Virus record (IMG/VR): IMGVR_UViG_3300020202_000061
Coordinates: 124,001 to 188,000 of that record
Direction: 5' to 3' (one strand)
DNA: 64,000 nucleotides
Made by a program: the position numbers and the translations under genes. The notes below the pieces were generated by a model. It saw only the letters and a program-made list of their open reading frames with translations. It did no database searches and was not told where the DNA came from. Every line of letters begins with the position of its first letter. The first letter of the stretch is position 1. Shown piece by piece: positions 26,524-36,940 of the stretch.

Positions 26524-27980
26524 GCAATCCACTGAGTCCGAGCGAGCAAACGGTCATCGCCGATCAGGTTAAACAGGCGATGACCCTGCTCACCAAATGC
26601 CCATTGGGCAAGACGTTCAAGGACAACACCTACTATGATGAGGATGCTTATCAGAGGATGGTGGCGGCCAAGACCAGCCTGCTCTATCGTCATCCTCTGT
26701 TCGGGGTGTTGTCCATCGCACTGGTTCTGGTCGAGGATACGACCGGGATCATCGGCACGATGGCGACCGATGGGAAGCATATCTTCTACAGTGCGAAATT
26801 CGTCAATTCGCTGAGCGATGCAAGCTGCGAGTTTGCCGTTGCCCATGAAATCTACCACTGTATTTTCCGCCACTGTGGTCATGTCACGGAGTCGCGTGCC
26901 TTCGACAAGGATATGCGAATTTGGGGCTATGCCACGGACTATGTGATCAACGCGGACCTGAAAGAGGCGAACGTCGGTAAGTTCATCACCGAGATCAAAA
27001 TTCTCTATCGTGCCGAATATCTCGGATGGTCGAGCGAGGAGGTCTATGAGGACCTCAAGAAGAACCCGGAGAAGATGAATTCCAACCAGGGTGATAGTTC
27101 TGATAAGAACGGTACACCTCAGGCTGGTCAAGGTGGATCGGGTGATGCCCCGGATGGTCCCCACGACAAGCATATCCAGGTCGAGGTCATCCCGGACGAG
27201 GACGAGGGCAAGCAGCCCAAGGTCGAGCAGGATGGGTCTGAGATCAAGGTCAGGATGACCCAATCCGAATATGACAAGCTGCGTCAGTCCTGGAACGAGC
27301 AGCTACAGCAGGCGGCCGTGGCCCATCGTGAGGCTCAGCAAAGTCGTGGTGTGGGCTCGATCCCGGCCGGTATGGAGCGCATGCTCGATCACCTGCGTAC
27401 GCCACAGGTGAATTGGAAGGACGTGCTTCGTCGGTTTGTCCGACAGGTCAAACGCCGTGGCTACTCCTACATGAAGCTGAACAAGAACATGTTCCCGCTC
27501 GGCATCAGCATTCCCGGTTATCGCAGGATGATCAACGAACTGGATATTGTGGTCGGGATCGATGCCTCGGGTAGCGTCAGCGAGGAACAGCTTCGCGATT
27601 TTGCAACAGAGCTTCTCGGTATGCTCCAGGCATTCGACAGTTATCATGTCCTGGCCATGTGCTGGGAGTTCCTGGTTATGGAGGAGTCTGTCACCTGGAT
27701 CACACGCCAGAACATTGCGAAGAAACCCATGGATAGTCTGATCCCGTTCTTGAAGGTGATGGCGGGCGGTGGTGGGACTGATCCCAACTCGTGCTTCGAG
27801 TGGCTCAAGCGCAACAAGATGAAACCCAAGCTGCTCGTGATGTTCACGGATGGCGAAATTGGCTCGAACTGGGGCGATCCTAAATACTGTCCGACGCTGT
27901 GGATCATCCACAACTCGAACAAAAAGATCAAAGCCCCATTCGGACACACCGTGCATTATGAGCCAAAACAAACAGCCTAG
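26520..27980 (+). CDS. HExxH metallopeptidase-like + vWA domain protein (DUF2201-type MoxR partner)
   Basis: TMATDG, HEIYH, DYVIN; MIDAS DASGS, GGGT, FTDG. Confidence 0.85.
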   Translation: MSNPLSPSEQTVIADQVKQAMTLLTKCPLGKTFKDNTYYDEDAYQRMVAAKTSLLYRHPLFGVLSIALVLVEDTTGIIGTMATDGKHIFYSAKFVNSLSDASCEFAVAHEIYHCIFRHCGHVTESRAFDKDMRIWGYATDYVINADLKEANVGKFITEIKILYRAEYLGWSSEEVYEDLKKNPEKMNSNQGDSSDKNGTPQAGQGGSGDAPDGPHDKHIQVEVIPDEDEGKQPKVEQDGSEIKVRMTQSEYDKLRQSWNEQLQQAAVAHREAQQSRGVGSIPAGMERMLDHLRTPQVNWKDVLRRFVRQVKRRGYSYMKLNKNMFPLGISIPGYRRMINELDIVVGIDASGSVSEEQLRDFATELLGMLQAFDSYHVLAMCWEFLVMEESVTWITRQNIAKKPMDSLIPFLKVMAGGGGTDPNSCFEWLKRNKMKPKLLVMFTDGEIGSNWGDPKYCPTLWIIHNSNKKIKAPFGHTVHYEPKQTA

Positions 27981-28947
27981 CGTCTCCTGGCGCACTCCGT
28001 TCCTCGATCTCGAATATGAGATCGCGCAGAAGGTCGGGCACTATGTGGTGACCTGCGAGGAGTATGCGTATTCGGATGATCATGGTCATTTGTTTGAGGA
28101 AATCTCCAAGGGTTATCATCTTCCCATCAAGTTGATCACGAACGACGGCAATGAGATCAGTTGGTGGACGAATGGAGTCAATCACAATCCGGATGGACCG
28201 GCGATTAATTTCCGGTACGGAGATCGGAAGATTGATATCATCTACAAGACTCCGGACGGAACCATCCACAATCCTGGTGGTCCGGCATGGATTCATCGTG
28301 ATGAAAACATCTACGAGGAAATCTGGACCAATCATTTGGGTCGGAAACATCGTGAAGAAGGACCCGCCTATACCCACATCACCTACAAGCGTGATGGTCG
28401 GGAGATCGTTCCGTTTTTCCCCGATCTTAAGGGCACCTACGGGATGGAGTTTTTTCGACCTGATGAGACGTTCGAACAGGTCCATGAAGAACTTTATGAG
28501 TGGGTTGAGCACGGCGCAACGACAAAGCGTATGACTCAGAAGCTGACTCTCTCACAGAAGTTCCTGGTTGCGGATGATGACCAGAATTTGGATTTTGAGG
28601 AGCGTAGCCATATCGAATCCATCACCTGGGAGTTCTTCGAACCGGTTCAGCGCACCGAAGAGAGTGATCCTCTTCTGCATCGTGTGAATGGTCCCGCCAT
28701 GATCGTGTTTCGGGATATCTTCATGGTCAATCGTGGGGGCCAGACCAAGATAATCCATCAGCATCGGCCAGACTATCGTTGGTACGTGGGTGGTGAACCC
28801 CTAGCAGGGGTGGAGAAGTTCCTCAAGCAGGCTCGGATCGATCTGAAAACGAATGATCCTGAGAAGTCCTTTTTCAGGTCTGCCCAGGATCACATGATCT
28901 TCATGAGTCGGATCAACGATCTGAAAACGTCGATTCGGTTTGCTTAA
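27958..28947 (+). CDS. Hypothetical protein with H(R/N)xxGPA repeats
   Basis: HNPDGPA, HNPGGPA, HREEGPA, HRVNGPA. Confidence 0.65.
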   Translation: MSQNKQPSVSWRTPFLDLEYEIAQKVGHYVVTCEEYAYSDDHGHLFEEISKGYHLPIKLITNDGNEISWWTNGVNHNPDGPAINFRYGDRKIDIIYKTPDGTIHNPGGPAWIHRDENIYEEIWTNHLGRKHREEGPAYTHITYKRDGREIVPFFPDLKGTYGMEFFRPDETFEQVHEELYEWVEHGATTKRMTQKLTLSQKFLVADDDQNLDFEERSHIESITWEFFEPVQRTEESDPLLHRVNGPAMIVFRDIFMVNRGGQTKIIHQHRPDYRWYVGGEPLAGVEKFLKQARIDLKTNDPEKSFFRSAQDHMIFMSRINDLKTSIRFA

Positions 28948-29318
28948 CCGAGATAGCGCTGAACCAGCCAGTATCCAAATACACCTAGGCCGGAGCCCAG
29001 GACGAGACCAATCATACCAGCCCATACCACAAACATACTCAACACCTTGTAACCGCGCTGGGCGTCCAGACGGACCCACTCGGAACCAAGGTTCTTGCGC
29101 TCGTGGAAAATCGGACTCGCTTCGTAGTCCTGGAAGTGCTGATCCATTGCTGGATCGAACCATCCGAACAGATTCTCGGTGCGTGCCCTGTCCTGCTGGC
29201 TTGCCGGGGCATCACTGAATCCATCGGTCATGGCCTTCCACACCCAGGACCAAGCCCGTTTAGCACCGTCCCAGACAACACGTGGAATCAACCACTTCTT
29301 GCGTGCGTTCGACATCAT
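28944..29318 (-). CDS. Membrane protein
   Basis: C-terminal TM segment; GGAGG RBS; TAAATA upstream. Confidence 0.55.
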   Translation of the reverse strand: MMSNARKKWLIPRVVWDGAKRAWSWVWKAMTDGFSDAPASQQDRARTENLFGWFDPAMDQHFQDYEASPIFHERKNLGSEWVRLDAQRGYKVLSMFVVWAGMIGLVLGSGLGVFGYWLVQRYLG

Positions 29319-29365
29319 TTGTGAATCCCTCCTTCCTCGGTTCCTGATGGAACTCTTGGAGGTAT

Positions 29366-30004
29366 TTAGGACCCAAACTGACGCTTAAACTCCGCAGCAA
29401 TGTCGCCGCTATGGAAAGGAAGCACACGAAGCACTCGATTCAGATGCTTGCAGACAACACCACGTTGCGTGGGATTGCGCTCACCAGGGTAGCGTTCTTC
29501 CGGGAAGATAGCCGCATCCAATTGCGCGAGAATTTGCTGGTAGCCCCAGTAGAGAAAGCTGGGATCGGTGCAGTGTAGGCGAAGGTTCCCGACCCACAGA
29601 ATCATGCGGGCCTTCTCGTTGGCCTTGAGGTCGGCATCCTGACCGACTTGTTCCCACTCATCGAACTTGATCAGGCATTTGTAGACGATACCATTCTCGT
29701 CGTATTCCCGCGAGTTCACGTCGAATATCATGGTGTCTCCATCGAATCCGGCCAACCTGATTCCTTTGAGTTCGTTCGCACGAACATTCTGGTTCAGGAA
29801 GTTGCCGTCGATGAACATGGCGATCTCTTTGTAGGTGGCCTCGTAGAGCGGACGTAGCTCTTTCAGGTCCACCAATAAACCGGGTTGAGCAAGCTTGTTG
29901 ATCTCACTCGGAATGTCCTTGTGCTCGATCAGCAAGTCGTGACGACACTGATTGTGGCAAAACATTCCGTGAATATGACTTGGACGAATCGTGTCTACTT
30001 TCAT
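29366..30004 (-). CDS. Hypothetical protein with SWIM-like Zn motif
   Basis: HCTDPSFLYWG...NP..RG.VCKHL..VL. Confidence 0.6.
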   Translation of the reverse strand: MKVDTIRPSHIHGMFCHNQCRHDLLIEHKDIPSEINKLAQPGLLVDLKELRPLYEATYKEIAMFIDGNFLNQNVRANELKGIRLAGFDGDTMIFDVNSREYDENGIVYKCLIKFDEWEQVGQDADLKANEKARMILWVGNLRLHCTDPSFLYWGYQQILAQLDAAIFPEERYPGERNPTQRGVVCKHLNRVLRVLPFHSGDIAAEFKRQFGS

Positions 30005-30534
30005 GGGAGTTGGTTCTTCCAGGCTTCGATCCGGTCGTTGTGGGAATCGGTCGTGTCGTGAATGGTTGGGTCCGGGTTCGCAGCATTGCCTAACGCTCCG
30101 TATGCCCGATAATCATCATTCCCGTACATCCGACCATATCCGGATTCCTGACCGGTCCCGATCCGCAGCCCCTTCCGGGTCTTTCCACGGAAGTCGCGCA
30201 TGGCCTTGGTCGTGGCCCAGCTACCGACCACCATGAAGATCAACAGCCAGACATTCTCCGGGGTCAAGTCAATGGCCTTTGCCCAGGCCGTAAAACCCTC
30301 CACGTCGAAGATTGGCCAAGCCATGATCGCCATGGCCCCGAACAGCATAAGCAGCCTTGGCAGGCGGGAAATCCCGCTTATGGCACGATCAAAACGAGTC
30401 TGCGGCTGAGCGACCTCATCCGGACGCTCCCCAGCGGTCATTCCACCCATGATATTCCCACCCATGGACTGAACTATCTGCCAGCCCTGACTAAGCATGC
30501 CCATACCTGGAAACGGCACATCGATTACCCTCAC
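30001..30534 (-). CDS. Holin, GTA 3TM type
   Basis: FDRAI.G..RLPR.L..FG...W..FD..F..A..L.PE.VWLL..VVG.W resembles the GTA holin family; TAAATA upstream. Confidence 0.65.
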   Translation of the reverse strand: MRVIDVPFPGMGMLSQGWQIVQSMGGNIMGGMTAGERPDEVAQPQTRFDRAISGISRLPRLLMLFGAMAIMAWPIFDVEGFTAWAKAIDLTPENVWLLIFMVVGSWATTKAMRDFRGKTRKGLRIGTGQESGYGRMYGNDDYRAYGALGNAANPDPTIHDTTDSHNDRIEAWKNQLP

Positions 30535-30567
30535 CTGTCCGGGTATTTAGGCGAAAATATTCTTGAA

Positions 30568-32868
30568 CTATTTGCCCTGGATGAACTTCTTCCGGAGAGT
30601 CCGGATGGTGTGGGCGGATTTCGGGTCCTTGAGGAGAGCCGCCAATCCGAAATGCAACGGCTGGGGCCACTCACCCGGATAAACCCAGGTTGAAGTTTCC
30701 GTTTCCCAATCCAGGACGGGTTCGAATTCGTTCTGGACCACAGCTAGGAAATTGTAGTAATGGAATTCACCCCGCTTGAACACATAGAGTGGGATCATCT
30801 GTACCGGACCACGATATCCAGCTTCTTCCTGGACCTCGCGCTGAGCGGCCTCGATGGGGTTTTCACCCCGGTCGATAGCGCCACCCCAGGTCCCCCAAGT
30901 GTGAGGTTGTTCGACATGACCCGTGGTGCGGCCGGGTGGTGGTCGTTTGGAGCGAAACGGCAGTAGGATGCGACCCGTGTCTTTGGCTATTATGATGCAA
31001 CCAGCACCACGGCGACCCCAAAATCCGGTTTGACGGAGTGCTTCACCGTGGTCCTGATCGTCTCTCACAACCTCGCGGAGATTTTGGATGGTCCGTGGAA
31101 TACGTCCGGTCTTCATGAACTGCTGGACACCTACACCCTTGATGTCGTGCCATTTCCCATCTACTACCAAACCGATTTGGGTGATCGGTTGTTCATGGTG
31201 CTTAGCAATCCATTGTGCGGTCAAGGCACCATCTCGGGGACTCGCTGCATCTATGGACAATTGTCCACGGTTATTGAATCCGACACGCACCCATCCCTGA
31301 CTGTTTGCGTATTCCACGACATCATCAGTCCGGGTGAATCCTGGACCTGCTTTCCAGTTAGCACCAAACAATGAGAGATTTTTCAGGAACACGTCGTAAT
31401 GGTGTGAGGCGTCTGGGTCCGCCTCGGGATCACTTAGACCCCAATCCACTGTGAGATGTTGTCCAGTGCTGGGTTTGAACCAGTAGCCTATAGTGTGGAA
31501 TTCGGTGGTTTTGCCCTTGTCGATGATCGGATAGAGTTTACCTATGGGATTGGCGGTTTCCGCAGCCATTCTACGGCCGATGGGTTCACTAGGTTGGATC
31601 ACCCATTCACCCTTGGGAGTCATTACTCCGGGGAAATGACTCGATGAGATGCGCTCGTAATACTGATCCATGAAGTCATCCGGAACCTTGCCGTAGTGCA
31701 GGATCAGAGGGCGGTCAAACGGACCAGCCTTGGACTCCTCGTCCCAGAGTTGGAGGATGCAGATAATCTTTTGAGCCCCACGGAATCCGATAACGTATTC
31801 GGTGCGTAGAGTATGAGCACCTGCTCCACCCTCGGGCTTGTAGGCGGAGGCTTTATAGCGACGGGTGAGCAAATCAATTGCTCTGGCGTAGTTGTCCTCG
31901 GCTACATTCGTTGGCGGTATTTCTGGTTGGTTTTTGATCTTTCTCAGATGATAAGCGATCCCGTAGAGACTTCCGCGAGCAGATTTTTCCATGGCGTGCG
32001 AAATGATACGCATGAGGAAAGCTTCAAACACCATATCGGTGAGCTTTCGATTGAGTGGTCCGGTCCCTTCTAGTAGATCGTGAAGCGATTTGGCGAACAC
32101 CTCTAACATCTGTTCACGATATTGCGGATCATCATAGTAGTACATCGCAGCCACACCATAAGCATCTCTGGCCAAACCAGGATGCACTTTGTGAATCATC
32201 TCGGCGAAAGCACGTGGAATTACATTGGTCTGACTATCCTCATCGGCTAGACCGGCTTGTTCCCGGATCATCGCACACACGATCATCGGGTAGGAGTTGA
32301 ACTTACGCATGGCGCTGGTTGAACTACTCCAGGCGGTCATCATGTTGGTGGACCAATACGATCCGCCAATACTAGCACGGCTTGGAAAGGCTTCACTACC
32401 GGGGTCCTTATCGCGATCCCAATACTTGGCAGGCGGATTCGGCACCACACCATGTGTCATGATCGAACGCAAGGCGTGTGTGGTGGTACCGTGGTACATG
32501 ATGATGGGCTTGCGAAACTGAGCCTCTTTGATCTCGGTGCGACCATGAAATACGTCTTCACTATCGTAGTAGTTCGTATCGACCATGTGGTCTTTGTCTT
32601 TGAAATAGTCCGCGAGCCTAACGGCTTTTGCAGCTTCTTCACGATCCAAGAATTCTCCGGTATCCGTGTAAAATCCCTCGATCACATCATCCCCTAGCAT
32701 GAATTCAAACTCGTCGTAGTCGGTTTCGGGATTCATTCCAAGGTCCTTCATGGCCTGGATCATGGCATCCCGATGAACCGTCTTGGCTTTTCCGATGATG
32801 CGATCCTCTGGTGTGTAAAGGAATGCCACACCTTCGATCTTGGCCTCTAACAGATCGGTCAGCTTCAT
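30568..32868 (-). CDS. Multi-domain putative head-packaged polyprotein: ART-like domain, repeated unknown domain, C-terminal Nudix hydrolase
   Basis: MKLTDLLE start; IMYHGTT; Nudix box GGAIDRGENPIEAAQREVQEEAGY; IKE and LRE at domain boundaries. Confidence 0.7.
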   Translation of the reverse strand: MKLTDLLEAKIEGVAFLYTPEDRIIGKAKTVHRDAMIQAMKDLGMNPETDYDEFEFMLGDDVIEGFYTDTGEFLDREEAAKAVRLADYFKDKDHMVDTNYYDSEDVFHGRTEIKEAQFRKPIIMYHGTTTHALRSIMTHGVVPNPPAKYWDRDKDPGSEAFPSRASIGGSYWSTNMMTAWSSSTSAMRKFNSYPMIVCAMIREQAGLADEDSQTNVIPRAFAEMIHKVHPGLARDAYGVAAMYYYDDPQYREQMLEVFAKSLHDLLEGTGPLNRKLTDMVFEAFLMRIISHAMEKSARGSLYGIAYHLRKIKNQPEIPPTNVAEDNYARAIDLLTRRYKASAYKPEGGAGAHTLRTEYVIGFRGAQKIICILQLWDEESKAGPFDRPLILHYGKVPDDFMDQYYERISSSHFPGVMTPKGEWVIQPSEPIGRRMAAETANPIGKLYPIIDKGKTTEFHTIGYWFKPSTGQHLTVDWGLSDPEADPDASHHYDVFLKNLSLFGANWKAGPGFTRTDDVVEYANSQGWVRVGFNNRGQLSIDAASPRDGALTAQWIAKHHEQPITQIGLVVDGKWHDIKGVGVQQFMKTGRIPRTIQNLREVVRDDQDHGEALRQTGFWGRRGAGCIIIAKDTGRILLPFRSKRPPPGRTTGHVEQPHTWGTWGGAIDRGENPIEAAQREVQEEAGYRGPVQMIPLYVFKRGEFHYYNFLAVVQNEFEPVLDWETETSTWVYPGEWPQPLHFGLAALLKDPKSAHTIRTLRKKFIQGK

Positions 32869-33758
32869 GCCTGATGATCCTCGGCCGCGCCACGAGTTCT
32901 CTGAGTCCTACCCTGGCCTCGGTTCAGAACTTCCTTGGCTCTGATCTTGTCGAGCAGACCCGGTAGGCTGCGCATGAACTGCTGATCATTCCGGGCATTC
33001 TGATTGAATGAGTCATGGGTGAGTTTGACCGGGTCCTTTGAGAGATCAATACCCTCAGGCGTCCGGTTGGAAACCCAAATCAGATAGAGGTCCTTGCCCC
33101 GACGCGGACTCACGAATACAGCCTCACAACGATAGGGATTACCACCCTTGGTCTGCCACACGCGCATAGCCTCGGCCATGTCCTTGAAGATGGAGGAGGC
33201 ACCATACACGGTCAGAGTGTTGCGGAAAAACGCCCCATCGTAGCCCTGAATGGTCCATTCCTCGTTGGTGTGTTTCCCGGCTTTCTCCCACATGGTCTTC
33301 TTGATGAAGTTCATGTCAGTGTAGTCCTGACGGTAGATGTGGGAGGAGTTTGGCATGCCTCCGGAATGTCCAGCCTGAGCCCACCCGGCATTTTGCTCTT
33401 GCCGCTCACGCTCACGGTTCTGCTGCTCACGACGGGCATCCGCAGCACGCCAAAAATCATCCCAGGCTTTCTTCTTGCCGGGATCGGATGGACGACCACC
33501 CGGATAGTTCCAATATTCGGAATTCGGTGTAGTCTCGTTGTGGACTCCATCCTTGATCAATCCGTATGCCTGATTGATTTGTTTGGCCAGAGCCTCGTTG
33601 CCACCGCGATCCGGATGGTTATGGAAGATGATTCTGCGGTAGGCCCGTTTGATATCGGCCGGGGTCTTGCCCTGGGGATCGAAACCCGCGTTGGTGAAAA
33701 CCTCCACGGCTTGAGCCACGGTCATCTCTTTGAGGATACGGAGTTCGTTCAGTTTCAT
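32865..33758 (-). CDS. J-domain (DnaJ-like) protein
   Basis: IKRAYRR..HNHPDRGG....KQINQAY (HPD motif); MKLNEL start. Confidence 0.8.
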   Translation of the reverse strand: MKLNELRILKEMTVAQAVEVFTNAGFDPQGKTPADIKRAYRRIIFHNHPDRGGNEALAKQINQAYGLIKDGVHNETTPNSEYWNYPGGRPSDPGKKKAWDDFWRAADARREQQNRERERQEQNAGWAQAGHSGGMPNSSHIYRQDYTDMNFIKKTMWEKAGKHTNEEWTIQGYDGAFFRNTLTVYGASSIFKDMAEAMRVWQTKGGNPYRCEAVFVSPRRGKDLYLIWVSNRTPEGIDLSKDPVKLTHDSFNQNARNDQQFMRSLPGLLDKIRAKEVLNRGQGRTQRTRGAAEDHQA

Positions 33759-36700
33759 GATAGTGATTTCCTCAGAGCGGTCCCCTCTGGTGTGGTATTG
33801 GTCCAGACCAGCTTCTCCTGGGGAAACTCCTTCTGCAATTCCTTGACCAATGCGGTGCCGATTCCACGACGCTGGAACTCCGGTTCCACCTGTATATAGT
33901 TGATGAAAATTTTCCCCTGATACTGTGTCCAGTTCAGACGACCCGCAACCCGCCTGGGTGGCCAGAGGTCCCCGGCGGTGGAGCGGTCGTAGAAATAGAT
34001 GGTCCCATCGGTCTGACCATGGTGGTGACCGGTCACATCGTTATGGAAGCTATACTGCTGGGGTAGGTCTGCACTTTCCACTACCTGCTTGAGGCTTTCG
34101 TGCTCGGCTTCCTGTTGGGCGATGAACTGCTTCAGTGGCATCTTGGGTAGACCCTGAACCTGTTGGTTCATATTGTGGGACTTCCAGAGTTCTTTCCAAT
34201 GCAACATTCTGGCTTTGGTGAATGGAATCCCATACACGTTGAGACCCTGCTGCTCCATCGCCTTCATTTCGGCATACCGAATCGGAGGCATATCGTGTTC
34301 GGCACGCATGCGATTTCCGATGGCCTCGTGCTGCTCCTCCGCACGTTTCTTCAGGAACATGGCGCGATCTTCAGGAGACCAATAGGTCTGTTTCTGCTCT
34401 CCCTTGAGACGCTCGAAACGACGAACGATGTCCGAGACGATCTGATCCAGACGAGCCGAACCACTGTACTCTTTCACCTCAATATCACCAACTTCCGTAC
34501 GGACATTCACCTCAATCACGTGATTGGTGTGTTTGCGGTCGTACTTGTGAGGCTTCTCCATGGCGGGACGTTGATTATAGTAGTTGTTGGGGCGTTCGAT
34601 CTGGATTTCGATACGACGACCCGCTTTGGTCCAGAGATAGGCCCAGCCCATAAGATTCGAGGTTTCGGTTTTGTCGGTGAGTTTGTCATCCAGGGCGTTC
34701 GCGATCTTCCGGGCAAACTTCCTAATAAACTCCCTGTTATGACCGGGCTGGTTGATGGTCATGTGATCGGCCTCACCACGACCCGGACGTAAATCATAGG
34801 TCTCAATCACTTTGAAGCTGGCGCGGGTCAAGAAGATGATCTGCTCGGGCTCTCGCTCATTGATCGCGCCGGTCCCCTCATCGATTACCGCATCATATCC
34901 AGCCTTCAGCAAGAGTTGAGTTTGTTCCTTGGCCGAGCGCATGGGCCACTTCTTGGTGCCCCAGCCGTCCTCGGTGGTTTCACCCTCGTGGTTGATCTGG
35001 AATGCCCGCATGAACGTGTTTACTGGGGCATACTTGCCGGTCCACTGATAGTTACGCTTGATCCAGCGCAGGTCTTTATCGGATACGTTGAGACCCATCC
35101 GCCACAGCATGTTGCGGACACGACCCCAACCGAGATTGTTCAACTCTTTTAGACGAAGTGGATTCCTCGCAGTGTTCTGGAGCACACGCACGTAGCGGGC
35201 CGCAGCCCCATACCAGATGTCGGCGGGATGCCGCAGCACATACTTCAGAGGGTAACCATAGACTCCCATGGGGTCAGTGTGATTGGGCTTGTCATAGGCG
35301 GAGCGATCCAGCTTGTCGTTCCGGAAATTCCGGAACTGCACGTAGTAGTGCTCCGGATTGATTTCCTTCTTGCGGACCATGTTGCGATACTTGCGATGGA
35401 ACGCCTCGAAGCGCTCCGGGAACATGTCCTGGTAATGGACCTCGTTGAGTTGTCCCTCATTGATGCCGGACCGGAGAAACTTGGTGAGTGCGGCATACCC
35501 GTCCAGGGTGATACCCTTGTGGAACTCTCCTTGTATACCGATGTTGACACGCTCGGTTTCGCGAGGATCGATCATACGCTTGTTCATCAGAGCACGAATC
35601 GTAGCCTGGGCATCCAACATCGTGGGGGCATCGATCATCAGTTTCGAGCCCACGATGGAACCGCGCGTCCAACCATTCTCGTAAGCCTGACGATAACGTT
35701 CCTCATCCATGAGGTCGCCCAGGTCTACCCCTTCAGGGGCTTTGATCCCATACTTGTCAGGTTCCGCAAAGAGCTTCTGCTCGTGATGTGGTTCCGCATA
35801 GATGTCGGCAGTATCATTCAGGAATGGGTGCCACTGTTCGAGCTTACCACTCCTGGCGTGATACCAGAACTTGGTGATATTCGGATTGATGTCGCTTTCA
35901 CTGAGGAACTGACTGATCTCTCCTGGCGACCGATAAAGCATGCTACCTACATCCGCCATATCCACGAGAAGATTATCGATGGTTCTGCGATCAATCAGTT
36001 TTCGACTGATAAGGTAGCGTAAAGTAGCCTGAGCTTCGACTTTGTTGTTGGAATCCAGATAAAGATCACCCCGACTCTTGATAACTCCACGAACCCAACC
36101 ATCCTCGGCGGCCTCCACGGAATAGTCGGCTCCGGTTTTACCTTCCCGATAATCCAGTCCGAACTTGGCGGGATCAGCCATTAAAGCTTCATCATGGTGG
36201 GGTCCGCCTGAATCGACATTACTGAAACGAACGGTCCATGGTACGAACTGCTTGGTTCGAACGTTGAACCAAAACTTGGTCGCAACACGAACCTCCTCAG
36301 TGAGTGATTCGGCCACCTTGCGCTTGAACGGGACGAACAAGGGATTCTCGGATGCGACGGGAGCGACCTTCTTGAACTTGGTGTGACCACCATGTCGAGG
36401 GTTTGGGAATCCCTCATCGTGAACCTGCTCGGGCCAATCGATCTGACCATGCGAGTAGGGCCACAATCCGAGACGCTCCAGGACACGCTTTAGTTTAGAC
36501 CCGGTCAGGATGAAATCACCCTGTTGACGACGATCCGTATAGTAGTCTCCCGACTCGACGCCACCGCCGCCATCCTCATTATCATAATCGTCGGGATCAC
36601 GATGTTTGAAATCGTCCTCGGCATGCTTTAGAACGACTAATGCGCCGTGATTCAGGAATTCTTGCGGGGTGATCGTGCGCTTTCCGAGTTTCGTCGCAAC

Positions 36701-36940
36701 GTGATGGACAATCGCATTCAGGGCTTTGCCAAGCTCGGGCTTATCGGCGGCGAACACCAACGGGTAATAGCCCATCTCTCGGGCATCCGCTTCTCCACCC
36801 AATCCGTACGCGTCCTGGACGAAATCACCCACACGCGGCTCCAATCCCCATCGCTGCACACTGGGATCACGCGCCACATCCAGTGTGGTGCCATGGTAGA
36901 GGGTGCGTGGCATACTCTCGTGCAGGTCGGTCAGCTTCAT
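33755..36940 (-). CDS. Multi-domain putative head-packaged polyprotein: ART-like N-terminus, two copies of an unknown domain, C-terminal GNAT
   Basis: MKLTDLHE start; TLYHGTT; IQVEPEFQRRGIGTALV...TPEG GNAT motif A; LTE, LSE, INE/LNE, VVE at domain boundaries. Confidence 0.7.
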   Translation of the reverse strand: MKLTDLHESMPRTLYHGTTLDVARDPSVQRWGLEPRVGDFVQDAYGLGGEADAREMGYYPLVFAADKPELGKALNAIVHHVATKLGKRTITPQEFLNHGALVVLKHAEDDFKHRDPDDYDNEDGGGGVESGDYYTDRRQQGDFILTGSKLKRVLERLGLWPYSHGQIDWPEQVHDEGFPNPRHGGHTKFKKVAPVASENPLFVPFKRKVAESLTEEVRVATKFWFNVRTKQFVPWTVRFSNVDSGGPHHDEALMADPAKFGLDYREGKTGADYSVEAAEDGWVRGVIKSRGDLYLDSNNKVEAQATLRYLISRKLIDRRTIDNLLVDMADVGSMLYRSPGEISQFLSESDINPNITKFWYHARSGKLEQWHPFLNDTADIYAEPHHEQKLFAEPDKYGIKAPEGVDLGDLMDEERYRQAYENGWTRGSIVGSKLMIDAPTMLDAQATIRALMNKRMIDPRETERVNIGIQGEFHKGITLDGYAALTKFLRSGINEGQLNEVHYQDMFPERFEAFHRKYRNMVRKKEINPEHYYVQFRNFRNDKLDRSAYDKPNHTDPMGVYGYPLKYVLRHPADIWYGAAARYVRVLQNTARNPLRLKELNNLGWGRVRNMLWRMGLNVSDKDLRWIKRNYQWTGKYAPVNTFMRAFQINHEGETTEDGWGTKKWPMRSAKEQTQLLLKAGYDAVIDEGTGAINEREPEQIIFLTRASFKVIETYDLRPGRGEADHMTINQPGHNREFIRKFARKIANALDDKLTDKTETSNLMGWAYLWTKAGRRIEIQIERPNNYYNQRPAMEKPHKYDRKHTNHVIEVNVRTEVGDIEVKEYSGSARLDQIVSDIVRRFERLKGEQKQTYWSPEDRAMFLKKRAEEQHEAIGNRMRAEHDMPPIRYAEMKAMEQQGLNVYGIPFTKARMLHWKELWKSHNMNQQVQGLPKMPLKQFIAQQEAEHESLKQVVESADLPQQYSFHNDVTGHHHGQTDGTIYFYDRSTAGDLWPPRRVAGRLNWTQYQGKIFINYIQVEPEFQRRGIGTALVKELQKEFPQEKLVWTNTTPEGTALRKSLS

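Noticed and set aside
25081-26532. 483-aa reverse-strand ORF
   Set aside because: Antisense shadow of the AAA+ ATPase caused by GC-rich codon bias; the same applies to 44056-45477, 56339-57694, 49724-50563 and 37735-38517
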